This document shows, piece after piece, positions 51,227 through 62,295 of a stretch of DNA of 64,000 bases (positions within the stretch are counted from its first letter, which is position 1; the number at the start of each line of letters is the position of its first letter). Source of the stretch: Octopus bimaculoides. Its lineage: Eukaryota. Position numbers and translations under genes: made by a program. The stretch spans positions 30,848,622 through 30,912,621 of the forward strand of contig NC_069002.1 of the NCBI RefSeq assembly GCF_001194135.2. The letters are read 5' to 3'. The notes under the pieces are model-generated. The model saw only the letters and a list, made by a program, of their open reading frames with translations. It was not told the origin of the DNA and made no database searches.

Positions 51227-52151
51227 TATTATATAAGATATATATATACATATATATATATAATGATATCTGTTGACACACAAAATAGTTTTCTGTGCAT
51301 AGAAACTCAAACACTCACATATTAATAAACATATATGATAGTATATATACATGTTCTCTCCTGTTGAAGACAATGAATGAGCTTTCAGCTTATGCCAAGA
51401 GACTTGTACAAACGATTTGTTTATAGCGATCAAATATGTGTGCTGTACATTAGCTCACTCTCTCCATCAAATCAATGTTGTCTGAACAGGTGCAAAGTGT
51501 ACTACATGTCAGGTGTTGAAGTGAGATGAGGAGTTTTGCTCAATAAGACAATGCACTACCTGGTCTAGGAATTGAAACCACAGTCTCACAACCATCAGTG
51601 CAACACACTAACCAGTAGGCCATGCGTCCTCACATACACACACATACATATATACATACACACACATATGCTCACATTTATGGTTAAAATTTAAAAAAAC
51701 CTAAATAAAAAATACAAAGAATTTTTTCCATATTTCAACTTTGCACTTTTGGCTTCCAACTCTTTTACTCCTTGAATCTTTTAATTCTTGCACTGTTGCA
51801 CGGTTGACTCGTAGAAAGATTGCTGATATTCACCATTCTTTTACATTTCACACCTTTTTCCAATTCTTCTTAATCTTTGACTTTTTTCCATATATTTTTT
51901 TGATCTTTGTTCTTATTGTTCTTCTTTGGTCTTTTGTTTTTTTTTTCCTTCTTTGTTAATTTCTTTTTTCCTCCTCCTTTCTTTTATGTCTCCTCTGTTT
52001 TCCTCCCCCCCCCCCGCAATGAAAAAGTTATCTCCCCTATTTCAGCCCTCTTATTACAATTCTCTCTCTCTCTCTTTCTTTCTGTCTCTCTCTCTCCCCC
52101 CTCTCTGTTCAACCTATTTCTACCAGATTGGTGCCACATCTTACTATATAA

Positions 52152-52363
52152 TTCTTTCTACTAAAGGCACAAGGCCTGAAATTTTGGGGGAGAGGACTAG
52201 TCGATTACATCAACCCCAGTGTTTAACTGGTACTTAATTTATCAGCCCCGAAACGATGAAAGGCAAAGTCAACCTTGGCAGATTTGAACTCAGAATGTGA
52301 GGACAGACGAAATGCTGCCAAGCATTTTGACTGGTGCACTAACGATTTTGCCAGCTCACCGCC
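52152..52363 (-). mobile_element. SINE family B, full length with 13-bp TSD
   Basis: TCTTACTATATAA occurs at 52139-52151 and at 52369-52381. Confidence 0.92.
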
Positions 52364-52420
52364 TTAACTCTTACTATATAACATATGTTAACACTATGAT
52401 ACTAAGACACTATAATGCTC

Positions 52421-52852
52421 TTCTCTAGGTTAGGAACAAGGCTTGAAATTCTGGGAGAGGGGACTAGTTGATTACATTAACCCCATTCCTTGGCTGGTAC
52501 TTAATTTTATTGGCCCTGAAAGGATGAAAAGCAATGTCTGTCTTGCCAGCATTTGAACTGAGGATGTAAAGTTGGAAGCAATGCAGCTAAGCACTTAACC
52601 AGACATACTAGTGATTTTACCAGCTGAAATGCTATAAGGTGGCAAACTGGCTGACTTATAAGCATGCTGGACAAAATGCTTAATGGCATTTCATCTGATT
52701 TTATGTTCTTAGTTCAAATACTGCCGAGGTCAACTTTGCCTGTCATCCTTTCAGGGTCAACGAAATATGTACCAGTTAAGCACTGGGGTTGATGAAATTG
52801 ACTCTCACCCCACTCCACCAGAACTTAAGGCCTTGCGCCTATATTAGAAAGG
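52421..52852. mobile_element. Head-to-head pair of family B SINEs (52421-52625 minus, 52637-52852 plus)
   Basis: Both carry the CCTTTCAGGG/CCTGAAAGG central domain and the heads are about 11 bp apart. Confidence 0.8.
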
Positions 52853-52859
52853 ACATGAA

Positions 52860-53590
52860 AACACTGTGACACTGTTGTACGGTGCATTTAGATGCTAAAA
52901 TACTGTTACTATTATGACACTTAGATACTAAATCACTATGAATCTATGATACTAAGATATTTGTATACTATGACACTGCAATACTCTGAAACAATGATAT
53001 CATGATATTATGAAACTGTAATATGATACTATGAAAGTATGACACTCATATACTATGACACTACTACTCTATGATACTATATCACTATATCACTGAGATA
53101 TTATGACAATAAGAGTGTATGACACTAAAACACTATGATACTATGTTACTTTGACACTAAGTATAATACTAAGACTATAATACTATAATAGTATGATTCT
53201 AAGATACTAAGACAATGATACTATGATATTATGGCACCAAGAGTTTATGACATTAAGATACTATAACATTATGACACCAAGACAATATAACACTAAAATA
53301 CTAAGAAACTATGATACTATAGTACTATGGCACTTAAGTACTATCACACTAAAGTACTATGACATTATGATACTAAAACCCTGTGATACTAAGATATTAA
53401 CATACTATGAACTTATGACACTATGATACTATAACACTAAAATACTATGACCCTTAGATACCATTTTACTTCGAGACTATGATAAAATGACAGTATGGTA
53501 CTATGACACTATGGTATTATGACACAACGATACAACAATACTACAGTACTATGATACTATGGCACTATAAAACTATGACTCTAAGGTACT
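52860..53590. repeat. Degenerate ~8-bp-period array (ACTATGAT/ACTATGAC/ACTAAGAT)
   Basis: About 700 bp of CACTATGATACTA variants. Confidence 0.88.
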
Positions 53591-53724
53591 GTTTCTTTGA
53601 TAGATGACACTATACCCTGCTCTCAGTCAACTAACATATTGCTTCATCTTTCAAGTTGGTCAAAAACGATGGAGTGGAGATAGTATCAGCCCAGCCAGTT
53701 CCAAGAAATGGTGGGGTGGGGGGA

Positions 53725-54600
53725 GCATTTTAATAGTGGTAGAATAGGCACACAGAGAGGAGACAGCACACCTAGAGACCATAGTGTATCTATGACTGGT
53801 TTTTATGCCAGTCACTTGAGGGGTCCTTTTCTGGAATATGGATTAAGATGTCTGTGTGTGCAACTACAAGACTACAGTCCCAGACTTGAGAACAACACAT
53901 CCATTATAGGCACCACCTGGTCTTTGTTGAGTATCAATAATTGTTGGGGGAAGAAGTATTTTGTCCTCAAGTGAAAGGCCAGTTGTTTTGGATGTGGTCC
54001 TATGTTAATATGTGCTTTTGCTAGAAGAGGTTTTCATTGATACGGAGGTCCAATATTTATTAAGCAATCATTGAAGCTCCAATTAAGGGCTGCTCATTAA
54101 TTAATGAGAAGTGTTGTGTGATGATATATTTCTCAATAGGAGTAGCATTTGCGTTTTCTAGCTGTTGAAAGAGATAAGACTGGCACCTCTGCATTGGAGG
54201 TCTCTGTTCATGGAGTCAGTGATGTTTAGTGGTGTGAGGTCCAGGTTGGAATGGGGTGATGCATGGTTGGAGAATGTCCTTGAGGAATGGAGAGTAGGGG
54301 TCCTTTGTGTAAGTATGGGTGTTGCAGGATATGGTGGTAAGTTATGGACGGAGAGAAAGGAATGAGGGACAATGCTGAGCCATGGGTCCATGTCAGAGTT
54401 CACAGAACGAGGAACACAAAGAGCTTCATTATTACACATTACTAATTAGAAGTTAGCAATCCAAGAGATGAGAGATGGGCAGAAGCCATAGGCATGTGGT
54501 AGTTTTGAGAAGAAATTTTCATGCTAAACATAGTTGAAAGTATTGTTGATGTCAAGAACAATTAAGTTGCTTTCATCAAATTTCTTCAAGGTGAGAACTC
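53725..54600 (-). pseudogene. CR1/L2/Jockey-group LINE reverse transcriptase remnant
   Basis: Decayed minus-strand peptides: FDESNLIVLDINNTFNYV*HENFFSKLP.AYGFCPSLISWIANF, SVNS...QGS (frameshifted), TLHSS, MNRDL....ISFNS*KTQ and RTKYFFPQQLLILNKDQV.PIM. Confidence 0.78.
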
Positions 54601-54626
54601 AATTGTGAGTAATGACTGGAAATTTA

Positions 54627-54659
<33 letters not shown>

Positions 54660-54660
<1 letters not shown>

Positions 54661-54847
54661 AAGAATAAAAAGTTTAGAATGGTATAACAATGCACTATAG
54701 AACAAAAAATGGACTATATACCTGTTGTAACTTGGTTATGTAATTCCGTAATATCATCAGACTATAGATAACTAAATTACAACAGGTATATAGTCCATTT
54801 TTTGTATTATAGTGCATTGTTGTACCATTCTAAACTTTTAATTCTTT
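54660..54847. repeat. 80-bp inverted repeat with a 28-nt loop containing a decayed hammerhead-like core
   Basis: Arms 54660-54739 and 54768-54847 match at about 74 of 80 positions. The loop on the minus strand reads CTATAGT-CTGATGA-TATTACG-GAAT-TAC. Confidence 0.85.
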
Positions 54848-55189
54848 ACAAACAATACACAATGCTTCAAGCGAACTACAATACTCTTATATATATATAT
54901 ATATATATATGGAGCACAATAAGTAAGATTTATTGCATTTTTGACTTAGAGGAAAAAAAATTTTTCAACAAATGTTCACAACCTTACAAAAACTATATCA
55001 GTAAAGCAAATGACTGTCTCTAAATGCAATAAAAATGCTATAACATAATCTGAGCACTATTTCAGAGAATTATTTCCATTCTCTATGAGAATATAAAAGA
55101 CAAATTTAGATGGGGCAAAATGAGTAAATCATCAATTCTCCAGAATTTCATTTGGAAAGACTCATACACGTCAATATCCATCCATAAAC

Positions 55190-56213
55190 ATCAAAAAGAA
55201 GAGAAATGCTGCAGAACTGAAAAATATCAAATGAAAGAGGATCATGGAAAAATGACATGATATGAAATTAATGAAACTTGACTAAATCTAAAAATTCAAC
55301 AAAAAATATCCTCTACAGCTTATAATCTGCTGGAGTTGTTCTCTTCATGATATATTTTTATGCACCATGAAGTTAAGGAGAAGAAGTTATTGAAATTAGT
55401 CATTAGTCATTTTGACCTGTTTTCATTTTGAAGTGATGTCATGGGAAAAGTTACATTCCAAGAATATACCATGGTCTCAATGAAGAAGATCTGAGCCAAA
55501 GAATGGTGTTCTGTGAGTGGCACTTGGCAAAGTGTCAAGAAGATTCACTTTCCAAGATTGTTTGGGGTGATGAAGTTACAATTAAATTAAATGGTTCAAT
55601 TAACTGCTACAGTCACACCTGCTGGGAATTTGTGAATCTTCTTATTCATCATCATGATTTAATGTTTGTTTTCCATGCTGGCACAGGATGGATGGGTTGA
55701 CCAAAGCGGGCAAGGTCGGGGTCGCACCAGGCTCCATTGTCTGTTCTGGCATGACTTCTACAACTGGATGCCCTTCATAATGCCAACCACTTTACAGAAT
55801 GTACTGGGTGCTTTTTATATGACACCAGCACCAGCACTAGTTCTGCTGTGGCGGACAGGTCTTCTTGAGAATAGCCAAGCACCAGACATCTCAGTTCTTT
55901 GTCATCTCCTTTGCAAGGCTTGATGTTTTCATATCAGCCTTCGATATTATGGAGGAATATCATGTTAATTTACCAGGAATTACTGGATAGTGCCACTTAT
56001 CATCAAAAGGAATAATTAGATGATTCTCTTTTGATGGTACCATGACTCCTGTTTTCTGGAACTTGTGACAATCTGCCAAGCCAAGCATTCGAGAGGACTT
56101 AAAGATGTGAAGTTTTATACTGAGTAAGATTGGACACTCCATAATATCATAGTAATTTAATAAACACTGAATTTATAGTCATTCAATGGATGTATATATA
56201 TTTTCGGGACACC

Positions 56214-56215
<2 letters not shown>
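55190..56215 (+). mobile_element. Decayed Tc1/mariner transposon interrupted by a family C retroposon (55645-55942, -)
   Basis: 55446-55625 reads KSYIPRIYHGLNEEDLSQRMVFCEWHLAKCQED.LSKIVWGDEVTIKLNGSIN, which includes the first catalytic D of the WSDE motif. A TIR-like end TTTTCGGGACACCCT lies at about 56201-56215. The left boundary is uncertain. Confidence 0.65.
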
Positions 56216-56262
<47 letters not shown>

Positions 56263-56829
56263 CGGCTGACAGTTCAAAATGTTTGATGAAGTGTTTGGAT
56301 GTGTAACTCATATTATATAATATATTGTATAGAAATAAACAGCTATGCTATCAAAACATACATAACATAATTTAAATGAAAGCTACAATATTCATGTACC
56401 TATATATATATATATATATACATGTATGTACAAATATACATACACATATACTGAGTTGGTCATAGGTAAAATGCCTTAGATCATTGGTAAGTTTGGTTGA
56501 ATTTGACAGATTGTCAGAAATCAACTGCCAATTCCACAAATTGGTAAGTGACAACATTCTACAAGACACAATTGATGATAATTCCATTACAATGTTTTAA
56601 TGTTGAAACAATGTTTTTTCTCTTTTCTCTTTCTCTCTTGTGTGTGTGTCTCTCTCTCCCTCTCTTTGTTTCTCTTTATTTCAGCAATGACAGCCCAAGT
56701 TTTGGTTCCTGTTTCTATGACAGAATCTTATTTAATCTTAAACATCGAAATTACAAAATTATTAATTAATATAAAATTTTACAAATTTTCATTATCGGTA
56801 GAATGATTTAACACTTTCTCATGTTGTTT

Positions 56830-56940
56830 TCTTTTTCTTTTTTATATTTTCCAGGTAAGTTAACGAGATACTTCATCAATGTTGCTATCTTCTGTAAGAA
56901 TATCAGATATCTAACATTAATGGTAAACATTCAGGTAAGA
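56830..56940 (+). promoter_or_regulatory. Candidate recursive splice site (AG|GTAAGT) with a downstream 5' splice site
   Basis: Branch-like TTTAAC at about 56807, about 40 nt free of AG and rich in pyrimidines, CCAG|GTAAGT at 56854/56855, and a second CAG|GTAAGA 80 nt later. Confidence 0.4.
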
Positions 56941-57295
56941 CTTCTCTCCCTCTGTCCATGTCTGTCTGTTCCTATTTTTATTGAACCAAAAGGATTATAT
57001 GAATAAAACATGATACTACAAACCTATTGGTCTTTGGTTCAAACCCACAGCCAATATTTTATTTTGTCTTTGAGTAGATCATTTAATTTTACATGCTGTA
57101 GTTTATCTAGATGTAGGGAACAGGGACTAGATTTGAGCCTTTGAAACCTGTAATAGACCATCGTTATAATCCAGGTGAGGTTACCCCTCTTTCATTTATT
57201 TGCAGAAATGACAGACCAGTAAGGTGACTCCCTATGCTTTTACTTAATCTTCCAGAAATAGTAAAATCCTTATTAAATTTACCTTACCCTCTTAA

Positions 57296-57912
57296 CCCTT
57301 TGGCATTTAAACCAGCCATACCCAACCAAAATATTTTAGCTGTTTTATGTACAAAGTGGCCAGATCTAGCCTCTCACACAAGCCCTGTAATGTCGTTCTA
57401 AAAATTAAGAGTTACCTCATCAAAATCTCATTCATAGCTACATTATTGGCACTCTGTTAGTTATGACGACGAGGGTTCCAGTTGATTCGATCAACGGAAC
57501 AGCCTGCTCATGAAATTAACGTGCAAGTGGCTGAGCATTCCACAGACACGTGTACCCTTAACGTAGTTCTCGGGGATATTCAGCGTGACACAGAGTGTGA
57601 CAAGGCTGACCCTTTGAATTACAGGCATAACAGAAACAGGAAGTAAGAGTGAGAGAAAGTTGTGGTGAAAAAGTACAGCAGGGTTCACCAACATCCCTGC
57701 CAGAGCCTTGTCAAGCTTTAGGTGTTTTCGCTCAATAAACACTCACAACGCCCGGTCTGGGAATCGAAACCGCGATCCTATGACCACGAGTCCGCTGCCC
57801 TAACCACTGGGCCATTGCGGCTCCACCACAGCTACAAGATTACGCATAATTAATTTAAAACATGTGAATAAATAAGCATTACTTTTGACTGAGTAATCTC
57901 AGTGCTAAAGGG
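57296..57912. mobile_element. TTAA-flanked (piggyBac-like) MITE carrying a nested SINE
   Basis: TTAA-CCCTTTGGCA ... TGCTAAAGGG-TTAA. A further partial copy follows at 57917-58130. Confidence 0.8.
57443..57826 (-). mobile_element. tRNA-derived SINE, family D, young, with 10-bp TSD
   Basis: Head (rc) has A-box TGGCCCAGTGG and B-box GGTTTCGATTCC. TSD is CATAGCTACA (57433-57442) and CACAGCTACA (57827-57836). Confidence 0.88.
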
Positions 57913-58338
57913 TTAAATTGGCCTTATCCAGCCAAAATATTTTATCTGTTTTTTTATGCACAAAGTGGTGAGATCTGGCCTCTCACACAAACCCTGTAAT
58001 GTCATTCTAAACATTAACAGTTACCTCATCAAAGCCTTGTTTATAACTATGAGATAGTGCATGACTAATTAAAAACATGTGAATAAATTAGAATTACTTT
58101 TGATAAAATAATGTGAATGCTTAAAGGTTATGTTACATTATGAGGAACACTTTAGCTGACGTGATTCTTGATGCACTGGGTCCTTGGGAAGGGATGAAAT
58201 GGGCACTTGTTCAAGGAGGACCGAGGATTGTGAAACCCATTTGTGTGTTTAGCCTTTACTCGAAGTAATGAAAGAGCCTCTATGTGATCAGTTGACCATC
58301 TAGAAATAGCAGCCAAATCACCATGATGTGATTTCTGG

Positions 58339-58543
58339 TTTAGGCAAAAGGCCAGTAATTTTGAGGGAAGGGGAGGGGAAGGGATAAGTTAATAACTTCA
58401 ACCCCATTTGTATAACTGGTACTTTAGATTATCCTTTCGATAATCTAAAATACCAGCTGTAGTGATGAAAGATAAATTTGAGATGGGATTTGAACTCAGA
58501 ATGTAAAGACTTGGAACAAATACCACAAAGCATTTCTCCTGCG
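58339..58543 (-). mobile_element. SINE family B, old copy
   Basis: AGGCAAAAGGCCAGTAATTTTGAGGGAAGG...AACTGGTACTT...GATTTGAACTCAGAATGTAAAG. Confidence 0.65.
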
Positions 58544-59259
58544 GTTGGTGGTTGGTGATTTATATATCCAGACCTCTCTCTTGTAAGAATATCTCCTTCT
58601 CTGAACATGCCTTGGGTTTGTTACTGGACCTCTTTTCCAGAAATATTTCTCCCTTGTGGTTATCCTAGGGTTATATAGCCAGATCAATCTCTCAGTAGTG
58701 GTGAACGATTTACATAACTAGAACTCTCTCATAGAAATGTTCCTTCTGCTGTAGATGTCCTAGTTTATATACCCAGACCCTTACATGGAAAAATAGTTTC
58801 CATCCCTTGAGATTACTCAGGGCTCATATAACAAGACCCTTATTCCAAAAGTTTCCTTTTCCTTCCCAATGGATTTTATCCAATCAGAAACAGCAGTTAT
58901 CACACTAGCACTACAGCAGAATATATTCATGAGAAGTTTCTATTTTTAGTGTTTTTTCCCATTATAAATATCAAGAGCAACTTTTCCTTTTCGCTTGTGT
59001 CTTGTTATTTACCTTTCTTTCACAATGTATTATTGATCTGGGACAAACAAGATTTATATTGATGTCAGTCAAACTGTAACAAACCAGATGACAAAATATT
59101 GAACCAAGCAACTTTAAAAATAAAGCTGAGTAGTAAATATTCTCACAAATGTTAAGCAGTGTGCAGTATCTTGCTTCGCCTTTGTATCACTATGTTGGTG
59201 TGGTCATAGCTGCCGTAAGACTTGACGCAGCTCTATATGACTGATTCTCGATGATGCGG

Positions 59260-59740
59260 TACTCTACAATACACTGGATACACCTGGTTTGATACAAAGG
59301 ATACTATATGGAAAGCTGTATATAAGTCGCCCCTACAAAGTAACAATCTGCACTACATGGTCTTCAACTGGTTCTCTACAAGTTGATACCTTACACATAA
59401 TTGTCTGTAACTAGTTCTCTACAAAGTGATACTATACAACACACTGGATGCAACTAGTTTGGTGGTACAAAGAGATACTATAAGCTAAACTCTCAACAAC
59501 TCAGTCTTTATAAAGTGAAGCAGTACACTAAACTCTCTGCAGCTAGTTCTCTACACACTGGATGCAACTAGTTCTCTACAACTGGTTTTCTACAAAGTGA
59601 TACTCTACTCTAGATTCTCTACAAGTTAAGTTCTTTTCAAAGGGATTCTCTACAAGTTAGTCCTCTTCTAAGTAACACTCCACATCAAACTCTCTACCAT
59701 TGGTTTTCTACAAAGGATTCTGTACAGTTTTATTGGATTG
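59260..59740. repeat. Degenerate array with a TTCTCTACA core
   Basis: Recurrent CTAGTTCTCTACA(A/C), ACTGG and GTGATAC units. Confidence 0.75.
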
Positions 59741-60216
59741 TCTACATTAACTATGAAGAAATAAAACCATGCTAAGTAGTCCAATACCATTTCTTTTGGC
59801 CCCTTCTAAGATTTGGTTCATGTAAGTAAATAGATATGCTTTATACTTTAATATTGCTATGATTTATTATAACTTGTGTCGTTTTAAATGTTGTTTTTGT
59901 ATTTTCATTTTCTGCAGTTTTCAGAATTTCTTTCTTTATTTTTATTTTTGGTTGTAAAAGTAAATAATGGATGATTAATTAAACTCCAGAAAAAGCTGTG
60001 TAACGAATTTAGATAATATTGAATGCCGTGTGAAAAAAAAAGATTGCTTTGATATTGTTAAAATATGTGGTGGGAGAACATAAATATTTAGTTTTGTGTT
60101 GTCAGTCTTGTCGACCTTGTCTCTCTCAGAAGACATCATTATGATCATCATCATCATTGTCAATATAACTAATGACATTGGAATTACCACCACCACTACC
60201 ACTACCATCATCGTTG

Positions 60217-60250
<34 letters not shown>

Positions 60251-60903
60251 CATCATTGTCGTTGTTGTCATCATCATCATTGCTTTTTTAAGCTTGCATG
60301 AGTCCTTTGGAACTTGTTGAGGCTGATTTTCTACAGCTCGGATGCCCTTCCTGCCATTAACCCTCAATCTGTTTCCAATTGAGGTTAATGTTTCCCCATA
60401 ACCATTACAAGTTTTTCAAGAAATGGATGACGGTCGTTTACAACCTTCACACAACATCAAGACAAGGGGACACACACACATGTGCAAACACACACACAAA
60501 CATAAACACACATACACATTATTATTTGCAAGTAATTTGCAGATACAAATGCTACCAGTTGAAAACTCCACACACCGGACATTAGCAGGTTTATGGGGCC
60601 ATCAGGAGAGAACGTGTGCTGTTTCCGGGCCTTCCTTTCAACAGCATTATATATACGAGAAGCTTGTTTCAGCTTTCATCTATCAAATCCACTCACAAGG
60701 TCTTGGTTGGCCTGGGGCTATAGATGCCTGAGGTGCTGTGTAATAGGATTGATGGTCAAACGACATGGTTCAGAGGAATTACTGAAGAAGTAAGATTATG
60801 TTAATCCACAATCTAAGACTCACCACCCTCACATATTTATTCCGTTCCATTCCATTAATAAAATCAGCAAAAAATATTTGACTCTCAAGTGAAAAGGGAA
60901 TCT

Positions 60904-61303
60904 CTAAGTGGTTGCTGAAAATACCCAGAAATAATAGCTAGATCTCCCTCGTATCATATTCTACTTAGTTAAAAATAGAAGGACACATTAAGCAATGTAT
61001 TCCTAAGTGGTTGCTCAAAGTAACTAGAAATAGCAGCTAGATCTCACTCAAACCATACTCTACTAACTTAAAAATGGAAGGGCACATTAAACAATATATT
61101 CTCCTAAATGGTTACTCAGAATAACTAGAAACAACAGCTAAACCTCACTCAAACCATACTCTACTTATTTTAAACATGGAAGGAGACATTAGACGATGTA
61201 CTCTCCTAAATGGTTATTCAAAGTAACTAGAAATAGCAGTTAGATCTCACTCAAATCATACTCTTGTGCCTTAAAAACAGAAGAATGCATTAAATAATGT
61301 AAT
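60904..61303 (+). repeat. Four tandem 99-102 bp units derived from interspersed family E
   Basis: Units start CTAA(G/A)TGGTT at 60904, 61003, 61104 and 61206. Confidence 0.88.
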
Positions 61304-61311
61304 CTGATATA

Positions 61312-61452
61312 CAGGGGTTGGACAAAATTTTAAACAAATTAATTCTAATATGGGGTAGGACCACCTTAGGCAGTAATTACAGCTTGAATTCTATGAGGTA
61401 TGGACTCGTACAAAGTTTGAATTGTTTCCAAAGGAATTTTTGTCCATTCTTG
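61312..61452 (-). mobile_element. Tc1 transposon 3' end fragment
   Basis: TA-CAGGGGTTGGACAAAAT TIR. The minus strand reads KIPLETIQTLYESIPHRIQAVITA*GGPTPY*, the classic Tc1 C-terminus. Confidence 0.8.
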
Positions 61453-61575
61453 GGATTTTGACGGTGTGGTTGTTTTATTCTTAGATTAACATTGTAGGGT
61501 AAGTGTAAGAGACCAGATCTGGTTGGTTTGAACATAAAACAGGCAGAATATTTGGACTGGATATGACTGGTTTAA

Positions 61576-61794
61576 TCCTTTAGCATTCAGATTATTCTGT
61601 CAAATGTAATCCTTATTTCTTCACATTGTTTTGAATTAATCATGGATAATCTCATAGCTTTGAGATTTCAATGGTGTGATTATTTCTTTTTGGAACAAGA
61701 TTGACAGGTAGATGTGATGGACCAGATTTAGCTGGTTTGAATATAAAACTGGTAGAATATAAGGGTGCATTTGGCTGGTTTAAATGCTAAAGGA
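61576..61794. mobile_element. TTAA-flanked (piggyBac-like) MITE, 219 bp
   Basis: TTAA-TCCTTTAGCA ... TGCTAAAGGA-TTAA. A partial copy lies immediately upstream at about 61480-61571. Confidence 0.82.
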
Positions 61795-61889
61795 TTAACA
61801 AGCATTCACACCAACTTTGATGTTTCTTCCTCTCATTTCATTAGAATACTAAAAATGAACCTGACTGCTCTCAAAAAGTAAGTAAAAAA

Positions 61890-62087
61890 AACAGGAAAAA
61901 TAATCCAGAATCCTTGTCCGGTACCAGATCGATCCCAAAATCTAATCAGTTCGTGTCAGTCATCAGCCCAAACATCCCTGAAAGTTTCATCTAAATCCAT
62001 CCAGCGGTTCTTGAGATATCTTGTCCACGGACAAACAAACAAATATGACTGAAAACAATACCTCTGCTTTGCTAAGGCGGATGTAAA
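61890..62087 (+). mobile_element. Helentron/DINE-1-like non-autonomous element (HINE)
   Basis: AAGTTTCATCTAAATCCATCCAGCGGTTCTTGAGATATC, a short (CAAA)n microsatellite and a 3' stem-loop CCTCTGC-TTTGCTAAG-GCGGATG. Confidence 0.6.
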
Positions 62088-62154
62088 TATAAAGATCCAA
62101 CATAAATTATCTCATGGCAGTTTTGATAGTAAAGGCTTAGATAGTACTTTATTA

Positions 62155-62295
62155 AAGTACTTTATTTTATCAAGACTGGAGGGATGAAAGACAAAGCTGA
62201 CCTAGGTGAGATTTGAACTCAGAATGTAAAGAGCCAGACAGAACACAACCCAGCATGTTTTCCGATACTCTAACAATTCTGCCAGCTTGTTACAT
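62155..62295 (-). mobile_element. SINE family B fragment
   Basis: GGGATGAAAGACAAAGCTGACC...GATTTGAACTCAGAATGTAAAG...CTAACAATTCTGCCAGC. Confidence 0.7.

Noticed and set aside
56508-56543. 34-nt segment ending at TTG|GTAAGT
   Set aside because: Good donor but a weak acceptor, and all three frames are open, so it is uninformative.
57690-57826. tRNA-like sequence with A and B boxes
   Set aside because: It is the head of a SINE with TSDs, not a complete tRNA cloverleaf gene.
58545-58920. Higher-GC block that may be a retroelement UTR or LTR
   Set aside because: No diagnostic motif, terminal repeat or peptide could be read.
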